In this document: positions 51,354 to 63,067 of the stretch, one piece after another | Position numbering within the stretch: position 1 is the stretch's first letter | Layout: each line of letters begins with the position of its first letter | Assembly (NCBI RefSeq): GCF_001447785.1 | Contig: NW_015173751.1 | Coordinates: 18,875-82,874, forward strand | Direction: 5' to 3' | Origin: Gekko japonicus | Lineage: Eukaryota | Length of the DNA stretch: 64,000 bases | Translations under genes and position numbers: made by a program | The notes under the pieces: model-generated | Seen by the model: the letters and a program-made list of their open reading frames with translations, nothing else | The model's database searches: none | Told to the model about the DNA's origin: nothing

Positions 51354-52574
51354 ATCTAAGGTCAAGAAGTGGGAAAGTAGGCTGTGACAATAAAGTGAAA
51401 TGTTTCTGTCATGCCTAACATGGAATATCAGAATCCCATGCCTGGTATTTCAGCAAGAGTTCCTTTCAGTTTTGCCTTTCAGAAGGGACAGATTTGCATG
51501 GAGGAAAATATTGCATATTAACAAAGATGGCACTAAGGAATGGTAAACAGGCTCCGGGCCAGGCAGCCATTGTCAGATCTAGACCTGAAGAAGTTGTCCT
51601 CCTTCCCTAAAGAAAATTACAGGAAATATGACATGACCTATAATCTGGAGCCTGAGGTGCAACAGGAAGACCATTCTACTTTGCTGACCAGGTAAGGCAG
51701 AAGGCTAGGCCAATCCAGAGGCTTCATACTGCCTGCCAACCACATACCTATTCCCTGCAGAGCAGGAGGAGGGCTTTGGAGCCTCAGCATACACAGTCCC
51801 AATCTGCTCACCAGCAGTACAGTGCCATTCTAATTACACCCTTCTAAACCCATTCACTTCAATGGAGTGAGGAGAGTGTAACTGTTTGAGGATTATACTG
51901 TAAATCTCAGCCTTGAGCCATGTGTTTTCAAAGTCCCTGATACATAAGAGGCTTCAGAGCTGGTGATGTCCTCCACCCCCCGATCTCTTACAGTACAAGC
52001 AATGTGCCTTTCCATTCCACTGATCTTCTGAGGGTGGGGGGGGGGAGAAATAGATGTAATTACAGGTACATTTGCAGTCCTAACCACACTTTGGAGTGAC
52101 TTTCTTTTAATTCTCCAGCTGTGAAGCCATCTAACATGCTCAGGGGATCTAATTATACTAAGAAGCCTGCTTTCCTGGTGGGCTTTAATAAGCACCGTTC
52201 GTTCCAGAACTGTACCAACCTGCGTCAAAGGCCTGCAACTGTGCAGGACTGATACTGTGGGCATGTAATGCATAATTTTGTAATATAATTGCACTTAACG
52301 CTTACATCATTACTAGGGCACTGCTGGAACAGAAGCTGCTTCTACGGTACTGGAGGTAATGCTTCCATTAATGCTGATCTGTAGGGGCCAGAGGGATAAT
52401 AAAGGGGCTGGAGACCTAATGGTGAGATTTAGTCCAAACACTAGTTTTATGGACATTATGTAACAGGGGGAAGGGATCTCTCTGTGTGTTAACTCTCTGT
52501 TTATTGTGCTGCCATAGCTGGCATAACCTGCAGCAGCTGGTTCTTTTCACAGATGACTTAACAGGAATCATGGG

Positions 52575-52884
52575 TGTTATGTACTGCTGGAGCTTGAGTC
52601 GGAGCGAAGGCTCCAAAGGCTTTCAAGGCTATTGGTTGTGTTGCTGGTAACGGCCAATCGTATTTGTTGCTTTATAATCCAATAGCTGTACTGTAAATAG
52701 TTACTTTGTATATGGTCCATGTAAGGATCCTAGCTGCTTACTTTGTATCGGTTGTTGTTAAAGGTGGGTGTGGTTTCTACAAGTATAAATTAATTCCTGT
52801 TGAGCCAGTGAGTTCAGTCTGATTCCAGAGTTCAATAAAGAAGCTGTTATTGTGAAAAGAGCTGCCTCATCTCAATACTTAATA
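52575..52884 (+). mobile_element. Probable solo LTR (Gypsy-like)
   Basis: TGTTATG start, CCAAT, TATAAA at ~52785, AATAAA at ~52834, degenerate ...taataa end; imperfect 4-bp flanks. Confidence 0.45.
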
Positions 52885-53123
52885 ATGTGTATAAAATTAC
52901 TGATGCTTTTGCATATAAGAGGATGTGTGTTGTTGAGCCCTGAACTGTAGTTGTAGCAAGCTCCCTTTACCTTTTTTTTTCTCTTATGACTGCTAGAAAA
53001 TCTCTGGAGGATCCCATTAATATAGCCCCACTTCCTTTTAAACATTATTATAGAAAGTACAAAGCTAGTTAAAATCTATTAGTGCAATAGATATGTACAA
53101 GGTAAATATGTTAGATGCATTTA

Positions 53124-53662
53124 GGGTGAAGTCACACATGCCAGATAAAGGGGGGGGAGCGAGGCTGTTTTCTCCGGAGACATTTGACCCACAGTTGTGA
53201 GATCACACCTCCCTTTGAAGCTGTGGGCGCCTGTCATTGTGTGATCAAATGCAACTGTGGGTGAGTGGTTTTTTTTTTTTTGCCATTTGTTTCCCATGCG
53301 CTTAAACGAGGAATTCATGAATCGCACCTCTGCACTGAGGGCTTCCTATGGAGTTTGTGATGATGCGCATACTGAGAGGGGGGGGAAGCAACGGCACAGA
53401 GTCAGGATGGCCTGATCAGACCACCCCGAGGGCATGAGAGTGCACGGGAGCGATCAGACAGGGGAAAGTCCATCCGTGGCCCATCACAACTCGTTTACTA
53501 CTGGATTTCCCCCAGTGTCTTTTAACTCCGCTTCTGCAGCAGAGCAGAACGGGTTGTTGACTGCTGTGGGACGCTTCCCAGATGTTGCTGTCTGATCGCT
53601 CCCTTTAAATCCACCCAGCATTTACACCTATGTCACGACTAATTGTGTGTCTTATCGCAGAC
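53124..53662. mobile_element. Harbinger-like non-autonomous DNA transposon
   Basis: TTA on both flanks; inverted homologue of 27117-27673 (gatcagacaggggaaagtccatccgtggccc). Confidence 0.75.
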
Positions 53663-53777
53663 TTAAATATGTATTCATTTGCCTAATCTCATGCTTGACA
53701 TAACATTGTGAGCCAAGAAGGTTGTTCAGACCATGTAATGTTTCAGTGCTGTCTGTTTCACCAATTTGGTGAACTTT

Positions 53778-54018
53778 TTCAGGCACAATGCAAGATGCTG
53801 GTGTTGACCTTTAACACGCTACATGGTTTTGGCCCAACATACCTGAAAGACCACCTACGTCCTTATGAACCTACCCAAACACTATGGTCATCTTCAGAAG
53901 CCCTGCTTTGGATGGCCCCTCCTTCTGAAACTAGGCAGTTGGCAATACAGGAGAGGAGGTTCTCAGTCATGGAACCGAAACTCTGGAACTCTCTCTGCAA
54001 AGAGACTTACCCGCCCCC
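53778..54018 (+). mobile_element. L2 LINE ORF2 C-terminal fragment running into a gap
   Basis: KMLVLTFNTLHGFGPTYLKDHL...FSVMEPKLWNSL. Confidence 0.85.
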
Positions 54019-55104
54019 NNNNNNNNNNNNNNNNNNNNNNNNNNNNNNNNNNNNNNNNNNNNNNNNNNNNNNNNNNNNNNNNNNNNNNNNNNNNNNNNNN
54101 NNNNNNNNNNNNNNNNNNNNNNNNNNNNNNNNNNNNNNNNNNNNNNNNNNNNNNNNNNNNNNNNNNNNNNNNNNNNNNNNNNNNNNNNNNNNNNNNNNNN
54201 NNNNNNNNNNNNNNNNNNNNNNNNNNNNNNNNNNNNNNNNNNNNNNNNNNNNNNNNNNNNNNNNNNNNNNNNNNNNNNNNNNNNNNNNNNNNNNNNNNNN
54301 NNNNNNNNNNNNNNNNNNNNNNNNNNNNNNNNNNNNNNNNNNNNNNNNNNNNNNNNNNNNNNNNNNNNNNNNNNNNNNNNNNNNNNNNNNNNNNNNNNNN
54401 NNNNNNNNNNNNNNNNNNNNNNNNNNNNNNNNNNNNNNNNNNNNNNNNNNNNNNNNNNNNNNNNNNNNNNNNNNNNNNNNNNNNNNNNNNNNNNNNNNNN
54501 NNNNNNNNNNNNNNNNNNNNNNNNNNNNNNNNNNNNNNNNNNNNNNNNNNNNNNNNNNNNNNNNNNNNNNNNNNNAAAAAATGGCAGATTCCAGCCCGTT
54601 TGAAATTGTATGTAGAATAGTAGTTATTAATCCTCTAGAAAAGATTAGTGCAACTGTTACCTCCAAGCCAAAAAAGACCCTCCAGCAGAGTAACCCAAAG
54701 GGGGTGCTCAATAAATGTCCAAGTGTTGCTACTTGTCTAGGACTGCAAAAGCAAGGTAATTAAGCATCAGAGAAGGTGCTATTCATGGTCAGTGAGCTGC
54801 ATTTGGTAGGGTGGGTCACAAGTTAGGCAGGTCTGTTCAACAGTCAGGAATCAGGTGGCTAGTTATACCCTTCTAACCTCGTTGACCTCAATGGGTTTAG
54901 AAGCATGAAACTCTACTTAGTACTACACTGCCAAAAAGGTAAAGTGGAAACACAATACATAAGTGCTGAAAAACACATATATTGACAAAGCTTGCATACA
55001 GCTGGGACTGACATGGTGGCAAACTCAGTTTTAGCAGAAGGTGGCAAACCTGAGTTTGTTGCTGAGTGTGTGAAACAGCACTGAAACTCAACAGGAAATA
55101 GACA

Positions 55105-56135
55105 CGTTCCTTAGGCTGGAATTAGATTTGAGTTATCAATTGCTGCAAAGTAAGGACAAATCTCAATTGACCTTCCTTAATGACATTGTTTCCCGATATA
55201 CCATTCCAGATGATTTACTCCAGCTTTCCGGAAACAATGCTGATTTGAGGGAAAGGATTTACAAAGAGGATGACAAATTACTAATAAGTCAATCAAAATT
55301 TGCTCCACGGTATAAAAACATAAAAAGATCACTTTAAAGCATGCTATTTAACCAAAATCACAACCCACAATCTCAGAATAGCATTCTCATCATTTCCAGT
55401 CAATGACAACTGAGATGCTACTTAGACAATTAAAACAACAACAACATGGATCAGCGTATATGTAGTTGTGGAAGTTTGATCAACGACTTACCACACAATG
55501 GTCCTTTCTGCACTAGACTTTAAATCCTGGTTCAATCCTGTCCCCGAACTTACATTCTACACTACATGTGAGTTCACCCCTGTAATTATCTTGGGGTATT
55601 TTTACATTCTACACTACACTTGAGTTCACCCCTGTAATAATCTTGGGATATTTTTTTTTGTTTCCACGTTACATTGAGGGCAACCCGCTTTCACCCCATA
55701 CTTGTCCTGGGATAAATGGATGCTGTTATAACCAGAGTATTGTGTTGTGAGTTGAACTCTGATAAAACCAGGGATGAGATCCAAGTGCGAAAAGGACTTA
55801 TGTTTTAATTTGTACTTTAAAATCAGAACCAGGGAAAATTTTCTGGTCTCCTCCTTCTGCCTGATCTTGATAAATTAAGTTTCATGCTATCAGACATGGA
55901 TTCTTTTATTTCCAAAAGGATGGTACTTGACGCCCTAGCTGCCAGGAAAATAAGAGCAAATGTGGTAGCCAGGAAAGTAAACAGCTGATATACATCGTCA
56001 TCTAATAGTTTCTAGAAATTATCTGATTTTAATGTCGATTAAATTTTAAACAAACGTTAAATATTCATATCTGCATTGTATGTATATCTTTATTATGTTT
56101 GGATTGTAAAGACCTATGGCCATATAGAATACATT
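55105..56135 (+). mobile_element. RTE-X-like LINE 3' fragment interrupted by a MITE
   Basis: YTIPDDLLQLSGNNADLRERIY...SQSKFAPRY is clearly homologous to YTIPDDLLFPSGNNLHLRDWVY...SRQKFAPRY in 21058-21426. Confidence 0.75.
55500..55798. mobile_element. Harbinger-like MITE
   Basis: ggtcctttctgcactaga...tccaagtgcgaaaaggact inverted ends; ~52-bp internal tandem duplication. Confidence 0.65.
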
Positions 56136-56251
56136 TTCTACCTATCCACCTAGATGTTATGCCAAATATAAACATGCTGCTGAAAGCAATGGACAGTGTC
56201 TGTCTCTTCTTTCATCTCCCATAACATCAAATGAACACTCACTGTATAATG

Positions 56252-56687
56252 CAGGGGTGTAAACATGCGGCCCAAGGGCCAGATCAGGCCCCCGGAGGGC
56301 TTCTATCAGGCCTGTAGTGGAACTGGCTGTCTTCTGCTTCTTCTTCCAGTTCTGCTGCTGTTGCGTCATCATAGATTTGCAGCTTACAGATATACACCTG
56401 AACAGCATACTCAAGAGTTTGCAACAGCACAGACTTTTTGATGCAATAATTCAGAGCTAGAGGTGGTAGTTATCAGACACTGTTAAATAAGCAAACGATT
56501 GCAAGAGTGCTGATGTTTTAAGCATGTTTTATTTTCAGTAAAAAAAAAAAAGCTTTGTGTTTGTGTCTTTTATAAAATTTATATCTCTGCTACTTGGCAT
56601 TACATTTTCTGACACACATGGTCCGGCCCAACAAGGTCTCATTTATGTCAGATCTGGCCCTCATAACAAATGACTTCGACACCCTTG
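56252..56687. mobile_element. Non-autonomous hAT (Charlie-like) DNA transposon
   Basis: caggggtgt...gacacccttg TIRs, subterminal ggccc motifs, perfect 8-bp TSD gtataatg (56244-56251, 56688-56695). Confidence 0.9.
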
Positions 56688-56885
56688 GTATAATGATTTC
56701 ATTCTGCTGTGAGTTTTCCTATTTCTGCTTCACTTCACTACCTGCTGCTTGTGGAGCAGGAAAGCTTGCAGTGTAATGGTATAACATCTAATGTAATGGG
56801 TGAGGGCTCTGACGTGAATATGATTGCTAAGTGGACTTACCTAATTGAACTGTCCCAGTTATGAGCAAAACAAGTTCTTGTTTGT

Positions 56886-57026
56886 TATCTGAAGAAGTGA
56901 ACAGTGACTCACGAAAGCTCATTCCCTGCCTCAAATTTTGTTAGTCTTTCAGGTGCTACTGGACTCTTGCTATTTTCTACTGCTAAAGACAGACTAACAC
57001 AGCTAAACAGCTACCCATCTTGATCT
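56886..57026 (+). mobile_element. Penelope-like element 3' end with minimal hammerhead ribozyme core
   Basis: CTGAAGA-a-gtga-acagtgac-tcac-GAAA-gctc-a, followed by a ttagtctttcaggtgctactggactc... tail related to 12190-12307. Confidence 0.75.
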
Positions 57027-57513
57027 AAATTCCAATTTGGATTACTGTGATGATTTTTATTGAAATTGAGCACCATGTTGAGCAGCATTACACTTGTGCA
57101 GTAGCCACTTGTGCTAAAGGGCCAGATCGTGCCATGTTAATAAATTATAAACTTGATCAAGTCTTCCCAGTTACCTGAGAAGAGGCATTTCATCACAGTT
57201 GGGTCATTAAAATTACTGGATTGTCCCCTCTTTGCATTTGCATAACTGGATGCACACACATAATTGGATAGAGCCTTTAAATGACCAACATTGGATACTT
57301 TACATTGCTTGCCTTTTGCACCTGTGCAGTCAGCAGCATCTGTTTATAAAAAGACTGCAAAGATTAGCAAGGTTCATTGGCAGATAGACATCAAAGGCAT
57401 AGACACATAAGTAGTAAATCTAAAAAAATATATATTTTTGAAAAAAACTATGTGCTTTTTAACAATTGGAGGTGGCAAAAACAGATGAGTGGCAGGGGCA
57501 AAAAAGTGGTTAT

Positions 57514-57716
57514 CAGTAGGGTTCCCTCTAAGCTGAGTTAGTGTGAGCTAGCTCACAGTTTTTTAGCCTCTGGCTCAGACATTTTTGTCTTAGCTCAGGA
57601 AGGAGGGCTCCAGAGCAAACTAATTTATACAGTAGCCAAATCTCTTGCTCACAACTTTAATGCCAGTTGCTCACAAATTTTTACTCACAAGACTCCACAG
57701 CTTAGAGGGAGTATTG
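57514..57716. mobile_element. Non-autonomous DNA transposon with ttccctctaagctg TIR
   Basis: cagtagggttccctctaagctg...cagcttagagggagtattg; gttat on both flanks. Confidence 0.7.
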
Positions 57717-58261
57717 GTTATGAGAGAAAGCAGTATAATCACACAAGCGGATATAACGCTAGTGGCTGGTTTTAAAGGAACAATGCCTTTATTTCTGAAA
57801 AACTATGCTGTTTTTAAAATATTTAATTGTATTGTTTTTGTATTTTTAATTTTTATGTCACCATAAGAAAATCTTTGGGACAGCAATACATTTTCTAAAC
57901 AAATACGTATATCTGAACTGCTTGATTAAATGATCCATTCCCTCACTACAGAAAGCAAGATGGGTGGGCAATCAAACCAGTGGATGACCAAGCATAGCTA
58001 CATCACATAATGACTATCCCTAGATGCTACTGGTAATGAAAGTACAATGAGAAAACACAGGAAGGACTATTGTTTTTGGCAACAACTCTGCATCTGGTTA
58101 ATGCCTACTACTGGTCTAACTACTCTTTACTGTCATTTGGACATATTAGGGCTATTGTCCTTCAAAAGACACCTGACTGTGAGGCTACGGCCCCTGAAAT
58201 TCCTTGTTACAATGTGACAGTGCAAACTTCAGTAGAAATAGTATTATGTTACTGACTTAAA

Positions 58262-58612
58262 GTAAAGGGAAAGGTTCCCTTGCTTGAAAGCCAGTCGAAT
58301 CCGACTCTAGGGTTGTGGTGCTCATCTCCATTTCAAAGCCGAAGAGCCAGCGCTGTCCGAAGACGTTTCCGTGGTCATGTGGCCGGCGTGACTAAACACC
58401 AAGGTGCACGGGAACGCTGTTACCTTCCCACCAAAGTGGTACCTATTTATCTACTTGCAATTTCTTGCTTTCAAACTGCTAGGTTGGCAGGAGCTGGAAC
58501 TAGAGATGGGAGCTCGTTCTGTCATGGGGCACACTCGGGTCTCGAACTGCTGAACTACGGACCTTCCACAGCCTGCAGTTCAGTGTCTTAACCACTTGAG
58601 CCACCACAGCTC
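58262..58612 (-). mobile_element. Sauria SINE (Squam1), full length
   Basis: tRNA head, cagctcctgccaacctagcagtttgaaagc...gtagataaataggtacc body, ACCTTT-type tail; 10-bp TSD ctgacttaaa (58252-58261, 58613-58622). Confidence 0.9.
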
Positions 58613-59498
58613 CTGACTTAAATAGGAGTATAAAATTTTAGGAGGAGAAGTTGCTGTATGTTGCAAGGATTTAAAGTGCATTGGTACTGTGAAGACTTTG
58701 AAAAGGAGACAAAAAGGGTGGGAGTTCTCATTCCCTGTTGGGATAGTTTAAATCAATGCCTATGTTAGTCAGGGATGATGCCAAGCATCCAGGGATGGCA
58801 ACGCTGCATCCCTGGTTTAATTTAAAATAAATCAATGAATTTAGCATATTGGGGTTTTCTGTTCTGGGAAGTAAGAGGAGGGCAAAGAGACACTACTTTT
58901 TCATACCTGCAGTATTGACACAGCAGGAACATCTAAGAAGCATCAGCAAGGGAATGGAATATACTGCAAAGTAGCATCAATTAACTTTAATTAAGCTCTC
59001 CTAAGGCCTGTGTGTTCGGAGATCATTTTTCTTTCCGTTCCCTCGTTAAGCAGCTTTCTCGGTACAACTTCCTACACATTTCTACATACAATGCTAAAAA
59101 AGAACGAGGGAAATTATTTTTTCTTTCAGCAAACTTGTACTGCTCAATCAATGAAGGGTTTGCTGTTCTGTTACAGGCTAGCCGTAATAGCTAAATGTGA
59201 ACACTTAGTGTATTTTGTGGCTAGAGTTTTGTGTCTGAAAATGAGTCCAGCACTCAGAAACGGACTACCTGGGACAGAATGAGCCTGTGGTCTAGAGTCA
59301 TAGCAGCACATACAATTTCTCTGCATTTCTAACTGGAGAATCTCAGGGGCATCTCTGCCAACTGCATAGGATCTAGACTAAGCTTCTATTTCCCTTCTTC
59401 TTACAGATATTTAAGCCTTTGCATGACTGAGTGCTGAAGTGAAGGGCAAGAGTCCTTAGCCTGTGGCTTATTGCCTCCTCAGATGGAAGAAAGAGTCA

Positions 59499-59726
59499 GG
59501 GCAATTTCGCACTAGAGCTGCCTCGCGGCACAGCCGCCGTTTGCCCTGACACAAACATGTTAATTTCACACCTGAGGCTGCGGGGCTGCATTTGACCCGC
59601 GTCTTCGCCCGATTTCCTCTGCAGTTTCGTGATCCTCAAATACCAGGATCACGAAACTGCGGAGGAAATCGGGTGAAGCCGCGAGTCAAAATACAGTCCC
59701 GCAGCGTCGGGTGTGAAATTAACATG
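59499..59726. mobile_element. Young CpG-rich palindromic MITE, right end lost in a gap
   Basis: catgttaatttcacac...gtttcgtgatcct / aggatcacgaaac...gtgtgaaattaacatg inverted repeat centred at ~59641. Confidence 0.75.
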
Positions 59727-60319
59727 NNNNNNNNNNNNNNNNNNNNNNNNNNNNNNNNNNNNNNNNNNNNNNNNNNNNNNNNNNNNNNNNNNNNNNNNNN
59801 NNNNNNNNNNNNNNNNNNNNNNNNNNNNNNNNNNNNNNNNNNNNNNNNNNNNNNNNNNNNNNNNNNNNNNNNNNNNNNNNNNNNNNNNNNNNNNNNNNNN
59901 NNNNNNNNNNNNNNNNNNNNNNNNNNNNNNNNNNNNNNNNNNNNNNNNNNNNNNNNNNNNNNNNNNNNNNNNNNNNNNNNNNNNNNNNNNNNNNNNNNNN
60001 NNNNNNNNNNNNNNNNNNNNNNNNNNNNNNNNNNNNNNNNNNNNNNNNNNNNNNNNNNNNNNNNNNNNNNNNNNNNNNNNNNNNNNNNNNNNNNNNNNNN
60101 NNNNNNNNNNNNNNNNNNNNNNNNNNNNNNNNNNNNNNNNNNNNNNNNNNNNNNNNNNNNNNNNNNNNNNNNNNNNNNNNNNNNNNNNNNNNNNNNNNNN
60201 NNNNNNNNNNNNNNNNNNNNNNNNNNNNNNNNNNNNNNNNNNNNNNNNNNNNNNNNNNNNNNNNNNNNNNNNNNNNNNNNNNNNNNNNNNNNNNNNNNNN
60301 NNNNNNNNNNNNGCTCCCC

Positions 60320-60836
60320 CTTTATTTATTAATTAATTTATTTATTTATTTATTTATTATTTCGATTTGCTACCCCACTCAAACCCCCTAAGGGGTCTCT
60401 GAGCAGTTTACAGATTAACCTTTATACCTAATCTATGGCTACAGAAACACAGGGTGGGGACAATCCCTACCGGCACCCAGTGGAGGCACTGGAATTCCCG
60501 GGTCAGCTTTCGCCGGCTCGACGTCTCGGCAGTCTCTGGCTCCATTTTTCTTTCGATGGTCTTTCTTGTGGTGCATCAGCAGGGCCCCTTCGACATGCCT
60601 CACACTCCGGCGCGGCTTCGGCTCTGTCCTTCCGGCTCCGCCACGCCTGCACTGTCCATGCTCCTCACATCATCCGACTCTGCCTCTTCACCACCGTCTG
60701 TTCCGTCTTTCGAGCTGTACCAGGACGCCATCTTCCAGCCGTTTGCCGCTCGCCGCTTCGCTGTTTCACCAGACTCGACACTCCAACAACTCCCCTCGGC
60801 GGGGGAGGGTGCCCCCTACCCTCTAAGGTAGGTACC
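60320..60836 (-). mobile_element. Chimeric SINE, second copy (5' truncated at ggtacc)
   Basis: Tail and ggtacctaccttaga(g/t)ggtagggggcacc junction shared with 45251-45877; core homologous but strongly diverged. Confidence 0.75.
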
Positions 60837-60912
60837 ACAGCCATTGGCTGCCTCCTGTGGGGCCGGATTACTTGCAGACTTGAAGAAGCTGGGCCAGCAG
60901 ATCTGGGACTGG

Positions 60913-61090
60913 TATGTATGTCAGTGCCATCAAGCCAAAACCGACTTCCGTGACCCCAGCAAGAGGATTTCAAGGCAAATGAAAAGCAGAGGCAGTTTGC
61001 TGTGGTCTTCCTCTGCAGAGCCTTCCCTGGGTGGTCTCCCATCCAAGTAATGACCCTACTTAGCTTCAGGTCAGACTGTACCATGCTGCC
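60913..61090 (-). mobile_element. 5S rRNA-derived SINE
   Basis: ggtggtctcccatccaagta...cttagcttc is the reverse complement of 5S-like sequence; RTE-like tail as at 10500. Confidence 0.7.
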
Positions 61091-61351
61091 TTCCCTCCCT
61101 CTGGGACTAATGCATATTTGTTGTTTTCCCATTTGTTTCTTTAAATTGTATGTTTGTATTTGGAAAGCTGTTTCGGGGCCTCTGTTAAAGCAGTGCAGAG
61201 GTGCAATGACAGTGGAGCTGCCCCGAAAGGGCAATAAACATATGCAGATGTGCAAAAATATGCTAGCACTGTTGAGGTGTGAAAACGACACCAAATGTAG
61301 ACAGCTTTTTTGAAGACGGAGTCAAAAGGCTGGGACACCAGTGAGAAAGAA

Positions 61352-61462
61352 TATAAGAACATAAGAGACACCAATGTTGGATTAGGTCAAAGGCCCATCC
61401 AGTCCAACACTCTGTGTCACACAGTGGCCAGAAATACCAGGTGCCATCAGGAGGTCCACCAG
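61352..61462 (-). mobile_element. CR1 3' end fragment
   Basis: ataagaacataaga tail and aaaggcccatccagtccaacac motif. Confidence 0.7.
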
Positions 61463-62151
61463 AAAGACAAATGCAGATTCAGCCAGTATCTAAAACTGGA
61501 ATAATAGTGTTGTACCCTCACAGGACATACACAGATAGAGAAACTTGCTGTCTTTAAAGGCAATTTGTAGCTTTTAAGTGGCCTTGACATCAGCTGGTAC
61601 AAACAGAGAGTTCATTTTTAACAGGTAGGGTTTTTGCCACACAGGAAGCCATGCTGTGGCTCTAAAGCCTCTAAGGAAATAAAAGATGAAGCAGCTGCTC
61701 AGTCTTTGTTAATACTGTTGTGTGCTGTTCCTTGGTCACTTTGTGTGTTGTACTTTTTAATACAAAGAGGAAGGCGGACAACAGGACCAAAAGCAGGACT
61801 GAGCAGGAAAGGCTACACTCCCCTCGCACTGTGGAAATTAAATGCACAATGAGAGTTTCTCGGTGACATCCTGACAACCCTACTCAGTTCGTGTGTCTTG
61901 TTTGCATAAATAATATGCACTTTCATCTTACGCCAGTAGATGGGCAATATTCCCTTCCATAATTTCCCATGGGTCACTTGGTCAAGCTAGAGACACTTAT
62001 CCAATCATATTGGCCAGTTTTATGTCCTTAAAGGAGTTCTGCGTTGGTGCAGCCTGGTGAGGGCTATCTTACAATATGTTTCTAAATTGTTGAATGGACT
62101 TTGAGGGCCTTACTTTGAACTAGATGTTCCCATTCATAAATTAAGAGTAGG

Positions 62152-63067
62152 CAGGGCTATTTTGGGGTAGGAACGTACAGGAACGCAGTTCCGGCTGGCT
62201 CCCAAGTTGGCCACGCCCAGCAGGAACTCATTAACATAATAGGCAACACCCAACAGCAGAAACTCATTAGGATTGGCTACAATTAGGGGGTGTGGCCTAA
62301 CATGCAAAGGAGTTCCTGCTACAAAAAAAAGCCCTGGGTTTTGTCAACAAACAAGATTAGCCTGCAGGTTAATCTAGCCATACTGCCGATAGCAGTTCGA
62401 GTCCCACCGTGGCTGGGGTGAGCTCTCGGCCCATTGTCCCAGCTCCTGCCCACCCAGCGGTCTGAAAGGTTATACAGGCAAGTAGGTAAATGGGTACCTG
62501 CTCCTTACGAGCGGGGGGCACCTTTCCTCCGTGATTGGTGTTAGAAAAAAGCAGCAACAGAGCGAGCAACGGAAGACCGGTGCCTGGAAGCATGACATGC
62601 GGCAAGGACTGGAGCCGATTGGACAAGGAGTCCAGCTGCCTCGTTCATGTTCTGTGGGGGCCATCTGTTGGAAAGAAGCCGCTACTGCAGACGAATCTAC
62701 CATCGAAACTCCACCGGCGAATTCAAAAGGAAAAAAGATCCTGTTGTTAGGTGCCTAGTTAAGAAAAAATACTCTCCCCTCACCATTGTACCCTAGCTTA
62801 GATAAATTGTGTATGTGTCTGTAAAACCGCTCTGAGCCATATGGATAGGGCGGTATATAAATCATAAATGTAATGTAAAGAGAATAAGAAGCAAAAGGTG
62901 GGTGCGGTTGGATGACCACACTTCTGGTAACATGGGGGTGTGACCTAATATGCGAATGAGTTGTGCTGTCAGGGGTGTGGCCTAATATGCTAATGTGTTC
63001 CTGCTGTTGGGTATGGCCTGTTATAATATAGAGTTCCTGCTGGGCTTTTTCTACAAAAAAAGCCCTG
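62152..63067. mobile_element. Non-autonomous hAT-like element (composite)
   Basis: cagggctattttt...aaaaaaagccctg TIRs; 8-bp TSD (a/g)gagtagg at 62144-62151 and 63068-63075; extra internal right end at ~62336. Confidence 0.65.
62360..62879 (+). mobile_element. Chimeric SINE, third copy (A-box missing, most divergent core)
   Basis: gttcgagtcccaccgtggc...cccagctcctgcccacccagcggtctgaaagg...aatgggtacc head and ctgtaaaaccgctctgagcc...gggcggtatataaat L2-type tail. Confidence 0.7.
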
